In this document: piece by piece, positions 15,059 through 28,388 of the stretch | How the letters are laid out: each line of letters begins with the position of its first letter | Numbering within the stretch: the stretch's first letter is position 1 | Origin: a virus | Taxonomy: Duplodnaviria > Caudoviricetes | Strand: one strand, 5' to 3' | IMG/VR virus record: IMGVR_UViG_3300034122_000625 | Location: 1,191 to 65,190 of that record | DNA length: 64,000 nt | Notes under the pieces: generated by a model | Told to the model about the DNA's origin: nothing | What the model saw: the letters and a program-made list of their open reading frames with translations, nothing else | Database searches by the model: none | Program-made: the position numbers and the translations under genes

Positions 15059-17172
15059 TGTCTGCACTGGCGCCTGTAGAGGGTCACAAGGAGCCCGCCA
15101 TAAAGATTGACCCCAATGGAACGACAGGAGAGGTCATAGAGCTTCATGGACTTCTCATAGCCATGCCTGAGAAGCCGAGGAGGGGTCATATCTTGTTTCA
15201 TGACCTTCCTAAGTCTGAGCAGAGATGGGTGCGTCAACCCGTTCCGCGAGAACTTACGTCTGTCAGGTCTATGGATGACTGGATGGACAAACCAAAGGAG
15301 TTCAGAGAAGCTTTCTCTCCGTACATAGAGCAGGAGTTTAAGCGTAGAAGAGAGGGGCTGTGGTTTTTTAATAATGGGGAGGCGACGTACATCACGGGTA
15401 GGCACTATATGTTCCTTCAGTGGTCTAAGGTGGATGTAGGTTACCCGGGATTTTTGAAGTTCCAGCAGCAGATATATCTGCATCTGGCAGCCTGTGAGGC
15501 CGATGAGAGGTGTCTGGGCCAACTGTACACCAAGTGTCGTCGTTCTGGGTATACGATTATGTGCTCATCAAATATAGTGGATGAGTCTACGCAGGTGAAG
15601 GATAAGCTGGTTGGTATACAGTCGAAGACGGGTAAGGATGCTCAGGAGAATATCTTCATGAAGAAGGTAGTCCCCATCTTTCAGAACTACCCATTCTTCT
15701 TCAAGCCCATTCAGGATGGTACCACCAATCCTCGTATGGAGTTGGCGTTTCGTGAGCCATCCAAGCGAATCACCAAGAAGAACAAGAACTCCTATGTAGG
15801 TGAGGCCTTGAACACTGTAGTGAACTGGAAGAATACCACCAACAACGCATATGACGGGGAGAAGCTGCACTGGCTGTACATCGATGAGGCTGGTAAGTGG
15901 GAGGACCCGGCAGACATCAAGGAGGCGTGGAGGATTCAGCGTACCTGTCTCATTGTGGGTAAAAACGTGGTGGGTAAGGCTATGGTGGGGAGTACGGTGA
16001 ACCCCATGAGCAAGGGTGGAGATGAGTATAAGAAGCTGTGGGAGGAGAGTGACCCGCTCAATAGGAATGCTAACGGACGAACCTCATCCGGACTGTACAG
16101 AATCTTTGTCCCGGCTTATGAAGCCTTGGAGGGGTTCTTTGATGTGTATGGCAATCCTATCGTAGAGACGCCTGAGTCTCCTATAAAGACGATGGACGGG
16201 AACATGACCAGCATGGGGGCTAAGGAGTACCTCAAGAACGAACGAGATAGTCATAGGCACGACTCTTCTGAAATGAACGAGGTGATAAGACAGTTTCCAT
16301 TCACTGAGGATGAGGCGTTTAGGGATAGCGTGTCTGGCAGCCTGTTCAACATAGGTAAGATATACGAGCAGATAGAGTACAATCAGGAGATGTACCCACA
16401 CCCTGTAGTACAGGGCAACTTCATATGGCACGAGAAGGACAAAGAGGTGAGGTTCTCCCCAGACATAAACGGGCGGTTTAGGGTCTCTTGGATGCCTCCA
16501 CCAGAGGAGAGAAATGTGCTCACAGAGAGCAGGGGTAAGCGTGTAGCCCCATTCTCTGATTACGGAGTAGGGGGTGTTGACTCGTATGACATCGATGCTA
16601 CAGTTGACGGCAGGGGCTCAAAAGGCGCACTGCATATGTACAACAAGACATCTATGAACAGGCCGTCGAATATGTTTGTCGTGGAATATGCCTCTCGTCC
16701 GGACATGGCTAAGATTTTCTACGAGGATGTACTTATGTGCGCTGTCTTCTACGGATACCCACTACTCATCGAGAACAACAAGTACGGAATAGTCAGGTAT
16801 TTCGAACAGAGGGGATATGATGGGTACATCTTGGATAGGCCTGAGCATTTGAGGATATCTGGGGCGGCTCAGTCATCAAAGACCAAGGGTGTGCCGTCAA
16901 ACTCTCAGGACATCATCCATGCACACGCGCAGGCGATAGAGTCGTACATACACCACCACGTAGGGGTTAACTATGACACAGGTGAGATGGGTAAGATGTA
17001 CTTTGACAAGACGTTAGAGGACTGGATAGGGTTTAGGATAGACAAGCGTACCAAGTATGACCTTACCATCAGTTCTGGTCTCGCTCTACTTGCAGCTCAG
17101 AAGGGCAAGGAGCGTCAGGTATCCACTATTAGTGACAAGACATTCATTAGGCGGTTCAAGCCCATCGGCTGA
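15058..17172 (+). CDS. terL: terminase large subunit
   Basis: KCRRSGYT Walker A, YIDEAGKW Walker B, GST coupling motif, GVDSYD and IENN nuclease motifs. Confidence 0.92.
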   Translation: MSALAPVEGHKEPAIKIDPNGTTGEVIELHGLLIAMPEKPRRGHILFHDLPKSEQRWVRQPVPRELTSVRSMDDWMDKPKEFREAFSPYIEQEFKRRREGLWFFNNGEATYITGRHYMFLQWSKVDVGYPGFLKFQQQIYLHLAACEADERCLGQLYTKCRRSGYTIMCSSNIVDESTQVKDKLVGIQSKTGKDAQENIFMKKVVPIFQNYPFFFKPIQDGTTNPRMELAFREPSKRITKKNKNSYVGEALNTVVNWKNTTNNAYDGEKLHWLYIDEAGKWEDPADIKEAWRIQRTCLIVGKNVVGKAMVGSTVNPMSKGGDEYKKLWEESDPLNRNANGRTSSGLYRIFVPAYEALEGFFDVYGNPIVETPESPIKTMDGNMTSMGAKEYLKNERDSHRHDSSEMNEVIRQFPFTEDEAFRDSVSGSLFNIGKIYEQIEYNQEMYPHPVVQGNFIWHEKDKEVRFSPDINGRFRVSWMPPPEERNVLTESRGKRVAPFSDYGVGGVDSYDIDATVDGRGSKGALHMYNKTSMNRPSNMFVVEYASRPDMAKIFYEDVLMCAVFYGYPLLIENNKYGIVRYFEQRGYDGYILDRPEHLRISGAAQSSKTKGVPSNSQDIIHAHAQAIESYIHHHVGVNYDTGEMGKMYFDKTLEDWIGFRIDKRTKYDLTISSGLALLAAQKGKERQVSTISDKTFIRRFKPIG

Positions 17173-17215
17173 TTTCCTTATATTTGCACGATACTCACAG
17201 GTATCTTGAGCCCTA

Positions 17216-19603
17216 ATGTATAATAACGAAAGAAGGAACACTGGCGGATTCCCAGACCCTCTTGCAGAGTCATCTGTAAAAGAAAGTAGGGACTACGGCC
17301 TAAAGTACGCTAAGGCTATAGAAGCTCAGTGGGCTGGGTTGAATAGCACAGACACCCTTCTGAGTCGCCGGAACAAGATGTTTGAGCGTTGCAGAAACTA
17401 CGCTAACGGAACTCAGGACACGTCGATATACAAGCAACTACTCAACACTCTCGACCCGGGGAACAATGACGGGAGCTTGGTGAACTTGGACTTTACACCG
17501 GTACCCGTTCTACCTAAGTTTGTCCGGGTGGTGGTGAATAAGATTCTGTCTCGCTCCCCCTACCCTAACGTAGAGGCTATAGACCCTATATCTTCCTCTG
17601 AGAAGAATGAGTACAAGCGGAGGATAGAGCTTCAAATTGCGGCCAAGGAGCAGCTTATCGCCCTGAAGAAGCAGGCTGGTATCGTGCTTGACGAGGACCC
17701 AGAGAACTTGCCTGATACGCTTGAGGAGGCTGAAATCTTTATGGGGGTTAACGTAAAGACCTCGGCAGAGGTGGCTGCTCAGATAGGTACCCAGATGACC
17801 CTGTCTTGGAACAACTTCACTGACGGGACATACAGACGGTGCGTCAATGACTTGGCCTCTATAGGCATGGCAGTGACGAAGCGTAGAAACGACCCAAACT
17901 ACGGTATCGCTACAGAGTATGTGGACCCAGCTCGGTTTGTTCACAGTTACACAGAAGACCCGAACTTTGCAGACATCTCGTATGCGGGTCAGGTAAGGCG
18001 TATGACCATAGACGAGCTTCGTCGGGTATCCAACGGTGAACTCACCGAGGAGGACTTGAAGAAGATAGCGTACAAGGTTAGAAGCAAGAGCGGTAACGAC
18101 GCAGATAGCATCAACAAGTACAAGTACGACGACAGACTCAAGAAGACTATCTATGGGTACGATGAGTATACTGTTGATGTGTTGGAGTTCGAGTTCCTGT
18201 CTGTAGACACCATATACTTCGAGGAGAAGGAGAACCGTTACGGTAACAAGAACTTCTTCTACAAGGGGTTCGAGTATGCAGAGAAGCCGGGGAGTGTGTA
18301 CGAGCGCACACCTCACATGATGACGATGATGACCGTGTATGGCGGTAACTATATACTTGATTGTGAGGAGTATATCTTCGGTTACGGTCGCATGAAGAAT
18401 GTCCCGAAGAACGTACACGACATCACACGAGCCAGACTGTCCTACTCTGTCGTAGCCACGAACTTCATCAATATGATGCCAAAGAGTATGGTTGACAGCT
18501 GCATCGGTTTCGCCGATATGCTTCAGCTTACTCACCTTAAGTTACAGCAGGCAATAGCCAAGGCTAAGCCCGACGGACTGATTATCGACATCGAGGGACT
18601 GGAGAATGTTCAGCTGGGTAAGGGCGGGGAGCTTGAGCCGTTGGAGCTGCACGACATCTACGAGCAGACGGGTGTCTTCTACTACCGCAGTAAGAACCCA
18701 GAGGGTGGATTCCAGAATCCGCCTATTAGGGAGATAGGGAACAGCATCAGAAACATCAACGAGCTGATAGGTATATACAACCACTACCTCCGTATGATTC
18801 GTGATGTGACGGGTATCAACGAGGTTATGGATGCGTCTACCCCCAAGTCTGACGCTCTGGTGGGTGTGCGTGAGCAGGCCATTGCTGCTGCAAATAACGC
18901 CACGTATGACATCACCAATGCCTCGATGATTCTGTTCAAGCTTGTGTGCGAGGACATCATCAAGTGTATGCAGATTCTGCCTCAGGATTCGGTTATATAC
19001 CGCGTCTATGAGAATGCTATTGGCAAGGAGAATATGTCCGTCTTGTCTTCATTCAACAACCTCCCGATGTACAACTTCGGTGTACGCATTGTTAAGGAGT
19101 TGGAGGATGAGGAGCGTATGTATCTCGAGCAGAATATACAGGTGTCCCTTCAGCAGAAAGAGTTGGATATAGAGGACGCTATAGCTATTCGTGGCCTTAA
19201 GGATGTCAATCAGGCGGAGCTGCTGCTTATCTCAAGAAGAAAGAAGCGTATGAAGGCCATGCAGGAGCAGGCTATGCAGAACTCTCAGATGCAGGCACAG
19301 ATTCAACAGCAATCAGCTCAGGCTACCTCTGAAGCCAAGATGCAGGAGATGCAGATGCAGGCTCAGATTGAGGCTCAGAAGATGCAGCTTCAGGCAGAGC
19401 TTGAGGCTCAGTTGGAGACGCTAAGACATCAAAACCGTATGCAGGTTGAGATGCTGAAGGCTCAGGCTATGCTTGGGTTTAAGACCGATGACAAGGAGTT
19501 CAAGGAGAAGATAGAGGTGTTTAAGGAGAACCGAAAGGATGAGCGTGTAACTAAGCAGGCTATGGAGCAGTCCAGACTTATTGAGCAAAGAAAGAGAACG
19601 TAA
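17216..19603 (+). CDS. portal protein (crAss-like type)
   Basis: 795 aa directly after terL; PVLPKFVRVVVN, IRDVTGINE..D, Q-rich coiled C-terminus. Confidence 0.88.
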   Translation: MYNNERRNTGGFPDPLAESSVKESRDYGLKYAKAIEAQWAGLNSTDTLLSRRNKMFERCRNYANGTQDTSIYKQLLNTLDPGNNDGSLVNLDFTPVPVLPKFVRVVVNKILSRSPYPNVEAIDPISSSEKNEYKRRIELQIAAKEQLIALKKQAGIVLDEDPENLPDTLEEAEIFMGVNVKTSAEVAAQIGTQMTLSWNNFTDGTYRRCVNDLASIGMAVTKRRNDPNYGIATEYVDPARFVHSYTEDPNFADISYAGQVRRMTIDELRRVSNGELTEEDLKKIAYKVRSKSGNDADSINKYKYDDRLKKTIYGYDEYTVDVLEFEFLSVDTIYFEEKENRYGNKNFFYKGFEYAEKPGSVYERTPHMMTMMTVYGGNYILDCEEYIFGYGRMKNVPKNVHDITRARLSYSVVATNFINMMPKSMVDSCIGFADMLQLTHLKLQQAIAKAKPDGLIIDIEGLENVQLGKGGELEPLELHDIYEQTGVFYYRSKNPEGGFQNPPIREIGNSIRNINELIGIYNHYLRMIRDVTGINEVMDASTPKSDALVGVREQAIAAANNATYDITNASMILFKLVCEDIIKCMQILPQDSVIYRVYENAIGKENMSVLSSFNNLPMYNFGVRIVKELEDEERMYLEQNIQVSLQQKELDIEDAIAIRGLKDVNQAELLLISRRKKRMKAMQEQAMQNSQMQAQIQQQSAQATSEAKMQEMQMQAQIEAQKMQLQAELEAQLETLRHQNRMQVEMLKAQAMLGFKTDDKEFKEKIEVFKENRKDERVTKQAMEQSRLIEQRKRT

Positions 19604-19608
19604 TAGTT

Positions 19609-20061
19609 ATGGCAAGTAGAATCTCCCTCGATACAGCAGACAAGCTGGATATCGTATGTAAGCGTGGTGACACGTTCATGCTCCAACTTCGTATGAAGGA
19701 CAGCAATGGTGTCCCTATTCAGCTCGCTACTTTGGGTTACACCTTCTTGATGCAGGTGAGAGACCCTAATGAAGTAATTTCGGTTGAAGATAATGGCACA
19801 TCGGCTAAGGGCAAGGTTATTCTCAGCACCCCAGACGCTAAAGAGGTTGTGAGCAAAGATGGTCGCCCAGAGACAAACCTTTCGTTTGAGGACATTACAG
19901 TTGACGACAATGGTAACGTAACTATTATCGCTAACAATAACGTTATGAAGCAGATAAACCCCGGGAGGTATATATACGATATCCAGTCTGTCTCATCTGG
20001 CGTGTACAAAACTATTGTGAGAGGCTCCTTCGTGGTTAACGACGACATAACTCAGGTGTAA
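19609..20061 (+). CDS. fibre attachment/adaptor protein (BppU-N-like)
   Basis: RGDTF...MQVR...G.YIYDIQ...G.F.V..D.T. Confidence 0.65.
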   Translation: MASRISLDTADKLDIVCKRGDTFMLQLRMKDSNGVPIQLATLGYTFLMQVRDPNEVISVEDNGTSAKGKVILSTPDAKEVVSKDGRPETNLSFEDITVDDNGNVTIIANNNVMKQINPGRYIYDIQSVSSGVYKTIVRGSFVVNDDITQV

Positions 20062-21392
20062 TGGCCCTCACAATTACCGATGAGCTTGGTAATACTACAG
20101 TAGAGGTATTACTTCCTGCTGTGTCTGGTGCAGTTGGCCCTGCGGGAGCTACGGGTGCCACGGGCGCTACAGGTTCCGGCGGAGAGCCGGGTGGATTAAC
20201 GGGGCAGGTTTTAACCAAGGCTTCTACCAACGACTACGACTATGTGTGGGAGTACAAGTATTTAGGTAGGTTTAATTTAGAAGCGGCCACCAACCGCGCC
20301 CTTGCTGACGCCACGGGCGTCACGGTGGAACGCTACTTCACCTGCACGGCAGAGGGCAACGGCGAGTCGTTCAACATCCAATCCAACACCCCGTCCGCCG
20401 GCAACAAAATCGTGCGGAAAATTTGGTACAAGGCGGAAGCCTTCGAAGCCACCGACGTGGACACGTGGACGCTGCTGCACACCTTCGCTGATGACACCGC
20501 CTACGCTTCGACCGCGACCAAATGGCAGGAGTATTTGGACGGGCAGACGTACGGCAAGCCGCCATTCACGCTGGCGATTAGTTGGGAGGATGTGCCACTA
20601 CCGACCACGCTGCTTGCCACCTATTCGGGCGCAACGGCAGGGTTTTCACTGCGTTTAATCGGCGACGGCAATTACACTGGCAGCGCAATTCGCGTGCGCC
20701 GGGCATCGGACAACACGGAACAAGACATCGGGTTCGACGGCAACGGCGACCTTGACACCAGCGCGCTGACGACCTTTTGCACCGGGACAAATGGGTTCAT
20801 TCGGACTTGGTACGACCAAGGCGGCAACGCCCGCAATTTGGTGCAGACGACGACTTCGCGGCAATTCAAAATTTATGACAGCAGCACGGGATACTTGGGC
20901 AAGTTGTCGCAAACGGCTGGAACGCTAAACGCATTGGTATTTAGCAGCCTCACGATTTCGCAGCCGTTTAGCGTTTTTGCGGTTGCAGATTTTGGCGCGG
21001 CAACGAGCAATAATACGCAGCCGTATTTGTATGACGGAACTGGGGCAAGCAATAGGGCAGTCACATACCTAAATGCAATATCGCCGACAAACACGACAGG
21101 CCTTTTCAGCGGCACAGAAGTGACTGCGACGCCACGCCTTACAGCTGGCAACAAAGTGATTGCCGCAATTCACAACGGAGCGTCTTCAACTTTACACTCC
21201 AACGGCGCGTCTGTTATTAGCGGCAACATCGGTTCAAATAGTTGGACGTTTGGAACTGTTGGCAATAGTTACATTCGGAACCAACAAAACAACATCACGT
21301 CGCTTACCGAGTTCGTCGTTTGGCCTTCAAGCCAAGCGAGCAACCGCGCTGCTATTGAAACGCATATGAACGATTATTGGAACATTTACTAA
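20061..21392 (+). CDS. fibre/spike protein with short collagen repeat and LamG-like domain
   Basis: [17 protein letters not shown]...AIRVRR.SD..E.DIGF...TWYDQ. Confidence 0.75.
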   Translation: MALTITDELGNTTVEVLLPAVSGAVGPAGATGATGATGSGGEPGGLTGQVLTKASTNDYDYVWEYKYLGRFNLEAATNRALADATGVTVERYFTCTAEGNGESFNIQSNTPSAGNKIVRKIWYKAEAFEATDVDTWTLLHTFADDTAYASTATKWQEYLDGQTYGKPPFTLAISWEDVPLPTTLLATYSGATAGFSLRLIGDGNYTGSAIRVRRASDNTEQDIGFDGNGDLDTSALTTFCTGTNGFIRTWYDQGGNARNLVQTTTSRQFKIYDSSTGYLGKLSQTAGTLNALVFSSLTISQPFSVFAVADFGAATSNNTQPYLYDGTGASNRAVTYLNAISPTNTTGLFSGTEVTATPRLTAGNKVIAAIHNGASSTLHSNGASVISGNIGSNSWTFGTVGNSYIRNQQNNITSLTEFVVWPSSQASNRAAIETHMNDYWNIY

Positions 21393-21793
21393 TGGCATCG
21401 TACATCATCGTCCGCCCCGAAGGGATTTTAAGCAGCCCGCAGCGCGCGCAGTTCATCACGCGCGAGTTGTACTGCATCACGATTCCGCTGCAATTCCAAA
21501 CGCCCGACCAAGCCAACGGCACGGTGTTCGGTGTCATCCACCACCCGACCGACGGCAGGGCAGCGTTGCAGGTGGATTTGGACTACGTCATCCCGGTGCA
21601 TCCGCTGGTCACGTTGGAGCGGCTGGTGTCGCTCTTTCCCGAAATCACCGACGCGGAGCGCATGACGCTGATGCAGGTGATATTTTCCAGCAAGGCGTTT
21701 CCGTTCCGGCACATCGTGCCAAGCACGGTCACGGTTAGGGACGAGGCGTACATGCAATCACTTGGATGGTTTGGAGATGACGTTGATTTGTAA
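21392..21793 (+). CDS. hypothetical protein, probable fibre partner/chaperone
   Basis: Coupled to the preceding fibre gene; same GC-rich style. Confidence 0.6.
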   Translation: MASYIIVRPEGILSSPQRAQFITRELYCITIPLQFQTPDQANGTVFGVIHHPTDGRAALQVDLDYVIPVHPLVTLERLVSLFPEITDAERMTLMQVIFSSKAFPFRHIVPSTVTVRDEAYMQSLGWFGDDVDL

Positions 21794-21811
21794 CTTTGCT
21801 TATTAAGTAAC

Positions 21812-24637
<2,826 letters not shown>

Positions 24638-24641
24638 TTCA

Positions 24642-25379
24642 ATGCCAGCATTTTTTAACGCCATACATCCTGCACCAGTTTCAGCAGCGTTTGTGACATC
24701 CAATTTAATCGGTTATTGGGATGCGCTGCCGGTTAATCAAGGAAGTCCTTGGCCAGACTTATCCCCAACTTACAATAACACCGGACAGACTCACAATTTA
24801 AACCTTGCTAATGGAGCTGCATTTTCTACCCTTGGCGGAGTTGATTGCTTGTATTTGGACGGTGTAAACGATAGAGCGACTTACACAAATGCCAGTTATG
24901 GAGCGTCAGATACGTTTTACATTAGCACGCTCCTTGCGTTTACTCACGAGTATTGGATACGCTCTAATGGAGCTTGGATAAATGATGGAAATATATATTC
25001 TGCTGCGTTTAATAGTGGAAGCAGAAGCAGGTTTGATTCCAGCGGGAATTTATGGTTTTACAACGTAGGTTCGTTGTTTGGAGGTAATTTGGGTGGAAGT
25101 TGGGCAACAAATACTTGGCACCACCTCTGCGTAACTATGGAAAGTTTGGGGGCAAACGATAGGTTTACTGTATATAAAAACGGTGTACAGGTGGGTCAAG
25201 ATACTACAGGAAATTATGCTCCTACCTTTGCTGGACCGAACTTTTACCTTGGAACTCAAGACGGGTCGAGGGAGTTTGCAAGAATTGGATATGGATTAGG
25301 AAGGAGGTACAACAGGGCCTTAACGTCCACTGAAGTTTCTCAGAACTTTAATGCCGAAAAAGCAAGATTTGGATACTGA
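24642..25379 (+). CDS. LamG/concanavalin A-like virion protein
   Basis: LDGVND...FT.E.WI...WHHL..T...YKNG...YNRALT..EV.QNFNA.K.RFG. Confidence 0.85.
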   Translation: MPAFFNAIHPAPVSAAFVTSNLIGYWDALPVNQGSPWPDLSPTYNNTGQTHNLNLANGAAFSTLGGVDCLYLDGVNDRATYTNASYGASDTFYISTLLAFTHEYWIRSNGAWINDGNIYSAAFNSGSRSRFDSSGNLWFYNVGSLFGGNLGGSWATNTWHHLCVTMESLGANDRFTVYKNGVQVGQDTTGNYAPTFAGPNFYLGTQDGSREFARIGYGLGRRYNRALTSTEVSQNFNAEKARFGY

Positions 25380-25648
25380 TGAGAAGATATTCCTTTGTCC
25401 CTGTAAAAACTCTCTACGAAATAGACTACAACTCGCTTGCTGACGATTCTATAGAGTCCACACGAAAGTCTGTAGATGGACTAATGGCAGTTATAGAATA
25501 CAGGCAAGATATTGAGCCAGCATTCCCTTGGTTTGATAATGACGAGACCGTCAACATTCTTGAATCAAATTATAATTATTGGAATCAACCTGAAGATTTG
25601 CCAAAAGAAGACACAAAGCATGGAGAACAGAACGACATCAATCCTTAA
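25379..25648 (+). CDS. small partner protein of the LamG fibre (RKSVDG motif)
   Basis: Coupled ORF. Confidence 0.6.
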   Translation: MRRYSFVPVKTLYEIDYNSLADDSIESTRKSVDGLMAVIEYRQDIEPAFPWFDNDETVNILESNYNYWNQPEDLPKEDTKHGEQNDINP

Positions 25649-25907
25649 AAAGAATGGCCTGTCAGGGGTTAACAAGCCCAAGGCCACTCCGTCACATCCT
25701 ACTAAGTCTCACGTAGTCTTGGCTAAGGTTGGGGGCAAAACGAAACTAATTCGATTCGGTCAACAGGGTGTATCTGGCTCCCCCAAGAAAGAGGGGGAGT
25801 CTGAGGCATACAAGAACCGTAGACAGTCCTTTCAGGCTCGTCACTCACAGAACATCGCTAAGGGTAAGATGAGTGCTGCTTACTGGGCCAATAAGGTTAA
25901 GTGGTAG
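25620..25907 (+). CDS. small basic phage protein (KLIRFGQQG...F.ARH...SAAYWA)
   Basis: Recognisable widespread phage motif; ATG start. Confidence 0.7.
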   Translation: MENRTTSILKKNGLSGVNKPKATPSHPTKSHVVLAKVGGKTKLIRFGQQGVSGSPKKEGESEAYKNRRQSFQARHSQNIAKGKMSAAYWANKVKW

Positions 25908-25926
25908 TCCTTATATTTGCAGAACG

Positions 25927-26133
25927 ATGGATATCAATCTGTATCAAATAATACTGCTGGCCACGGGTCTGGTCGGGGTGTACGTTAAGCTAAATATCGA
26001 GATAAGCAAACTCACGCTTAGACTTGACATACATGAGAAACAGACTATCGCTCTCCAGCATAGTATCGACAGATTACTGAAGGATGTGCAAGAGATAAAG
26101 CTGCTCTTGGCCAGAAAACAGATAGACGAATAA
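25927..26133 (+). CDS. small TM plus coiled-coil protein (XhlA/holin-like)
   Basis: N-terminal TM helix, then heptads; promoter at 25912. Confidence 0.55.
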   Translation: MDINLYQIILLATGLVGVYVKLNIEISKLTLRLDIHEKQTIALQHSIDRLLKDVQEIKLLLARKQIDE

Positions 26134-26159
26134 GACATATATTTGCAAAAACATAACAG

Positions 26160-26561
26160 ATGGCAACTACCACTGCAACTATTACATTGTCAAGCGCTGA
26201 CCTGACAAATGACACCCTTGCACTGACTCAGACAACCAACCTGAATAAGGCTGCCACTGTTACTGGTCTTGACCAAACGACAGGTGTGGGTCGCATCACT
26301 CGTGGCTCTACAGCTGACTACACGCTGTTTGACGCAGCCAACTACTCTGACGGTAAGGCTCACAAGCTGTACCTGAAGAACACCTCCTCCACCGCTACAG
26401 AGTACATGACCCTGAAGGTTAACACTCAAGAGGTTGGTAGACTGTACGCTGGTGACTGGGCTTTCATGCCTTGGAATGGTGGACCTACTGCAAACGTCAT
26501 CGTAACTAACAGCGTTGCCACCAACATGACGCTGGAGTACGCCCTCATCTACGAAGCCTAA
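26160..26561 (+). CDS. virion structural protein
   Basis: Thr-rich; LYLKN...RL.AGDWAFMPW; paralogue of the next gene. Confidence 0.65.
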   Translation: MATTTATITLSSADLTNDTLALTQTTNLNKAATVTGLDQTTGVGRITRGSTADYTLFDAANYSDGKAHKLYLKNTSSTATEYMTLKVNTQEVGRLYAGDWAFMPWNGGPTANVIVTNSVATNMTLEYALIYEA

Positions 26562-26965
26562 TGGGAACCCTGACGGCATCCATATCGCTCAGCAGTCCCG
26601 ACGTACTGTCGAGTCCAGTTAGCGTTGACCTTGGGGTGTCTGTCAATGCAGATGGAGGCAGCATAATCCGCTCTAAGGTTGCTGCCACTGGCGTAACTGG
26701 GGCTGTGACGATATACAAGGCGAATGACAAGTTGGACTCTGCGTATGTCTACGTGAAGAATATGCACGAGGAGAGAGAGAAGTTCGCTTACGTCTTTGCC
26801 GACTCTGCCACGGATGACCCTGTGTTTCTGAAGTTGGCTGGTAACGAGTTTGCTTTTATGCCCGTAAAGAATGACGTCACACTGAAGGCTTATGTCACTC
26901 AGGTTGACCAGATTATAGAGTACGGGGTGTTTGGATTAGATAGTTCATCTGTAACTCTTTCGTAA
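26561..26965 (+). CDS. virion structural protein
   Basis: VYVKN...KLAGNEFAFMP; paralogue of the previous gene. Confidence 0.65.
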   Translation: MGTLTASISLSSPDVLSSPVSVDLGVSVNADGGSIIRSKVAATGVTGAVTIYKANDKLDSAYVYVKNMHEEREKFAYVFADSATDDPVFLKLAGNEFAFMPVKNDVTLKAYVTQVDQIIEYGVFGLDSSSVTLS

Positions 26966-27297
26966 TGTCAAGGATTAACATCGCAAACCTGAATATAGTT
27001 GGTTCAGCTATTATTCCTGCCGGAGTTACAGCTACTGCGCCAACTGGATATGCATTTGTCATGTTGACCCCGGCTACTGCTACCGGTGTAACATTTCAGC
27101 ACTTGTTCAGCCCAATTACTGGTGCTGATACAAACTTCGTTGGGAGTAATGCGGGTGCTACGGGTCCAGTCGGAGAGGCAGGTGTGTTGGTTTCAACCTC
27201 AAACTTAGAGGCCACTATGCAACGACCGATATATGGGAGGTATACTCAGGTCCGCCCGGGCGCAACGTTTGCTGCATTTGCATACATAGGTAGATAA
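26965..27297 (+). CDS. small Ala/Gly/Thr-rich structural protein
   Basis: Composition and position before scaffold/capsid. Confidence 0.6.
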   Translation: MSRINIANLNIVGSAIIPAGVTATAPTGYAFVMLTPATATGVTFQHLFSPITGADTNFVGSNAGATGPVGEAGVLVSTSNLEATMQRPIYGRYTQVRPGATFAAFAYIGR

Positions 27298-27312
27298 TCA
27301 ATCAATAATTTA

Positions 27313-28383
27313 ATGGAAAAGTTTGAAATTTTAGGGTCTGCGGAGGAGCTTGCAAGAAGCCTTGAGGCTGATGCAGCAGCCCCAGCACTCGAAACACCAT
27401 CGAGTCCCGAGTCTACGTTTAACCCTTCTGAAGCGGAGCCGCCTCAGGAGAGTCAGTCTGTAGATGCGGCGGTAGACCAACAGGTGCAGCAACCACAGGT
27501 CGATGCGCCTGAGGGTGTGCAGTATACTGAGGCTGACATGGAGTCGGCTGTCATAAGCTATTTGAGCGAAAGGCTCGGCAGACAGCTAACCTCCTTTGAT
27601 GACCTCAACACCACACAGCCTCAAGCCATTGATGACCGAGTAGCTGCTATTGCAAAGTTTGTTCAGGACACCGGTCGCGCTCCGGAAGACTGGTTCAGGT
27701 ACCAAGCCCTCAATCCATCCGAAATGGATGACATGACGGCTGTAAGAATTCAGATGGCATCTGAGTACCCGAATCTGGCTTACGACGAGATTGAACTCCT
27801 GATAAACTCAACGTACAAGCTCAATCCAGATATGTACGACGAGTCTGAAGTCAAACTCTCTCAACTGAAGTTGAAGATTGACGCTCAAAAGGCCAAGCAG
27901 TCCATTGAATCGCTTAGAAGCAGTTACACTGCTCCGGCGAGCCAAGCTGGCTCAGAGTATCAATCTTTTATCGACGACTCTTGGGTGAGTGAGATGCGTT
28001 CTAATGTTGAGAGCCTTGAAGGCGTTGAGTTCGACTTGGGTAACGGAAATGCGTTCACCTTCGGAATCGATGACCGGTATAAGGGTCAACTCATTCAGAA
28101 GAACTCGAAACTCGACAGCTTCTTTGACTCGTATGTAAAGAAGGATGGAGCTTGGGACTACGACCTGCTGTCTTCTCACATGACCATTATTGACAACATA
28201 GACAACATTGTAAAGTCTGTGTATCAGAAGGGCCTTGGGGATGGACAGAAGGGGCTTGTCAATAGAGCGGCCAATGTGTCTGCGTCTACACCGCAAACTC
28301 CTAACACAAACCAAGTTGACCCCGTAGTAGAACAGCTTAAGAGCATCCTCGGGGCCAGCAACACCTTAACATTCAAAATCTAA
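27313..28383 (+). CDS. putative capsid scaffolding/assembly protein
   Basis: Acidic disordered N-terminus, helical; directly upstream of the major capsid gene. Confidence 0.65.
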   Translation: MEKFEILGSAEELARSLEADAAAPALETPSSPESTFNPSEAEPPQESQSVDAAVDQQVQQPQVDAPEGVQYTEADMESAVISYLSERLGRQLTSFDDLNTTQPQAIDDRVAAIAKFVQDTGRAPEDWFRYQALNPSEMDDMTAVRIQMASEYPNLAYDEIELLINSTYKLNPDMYDESEVKLSQLKLKIDAQKAKQSIESLRSSYTAPASQAGSEYQSFIDDSWVSEMRSNVESLEGVEFDLGNGNAFTFGIDDRYKGQLIQKNSKLDSFFDSYVKKDGAWDYDLLSSHMTIIDNIDNIVKSVYQKGLGDGQKGLVNRAANVSASTPQTPNTNQVDPVVEQLKSILGASNTLTFKI

Positions 28384-28388
28384 AGATT

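Noticed and set aside
17510-18535. Long antisense ORFs (also 28932-29783, 54606-55256 and many within the collagen gene)
   Set aside because: Shadow frames of portal, capsid, nrdJ and repeat-rich genes; no motifs or expression signals.
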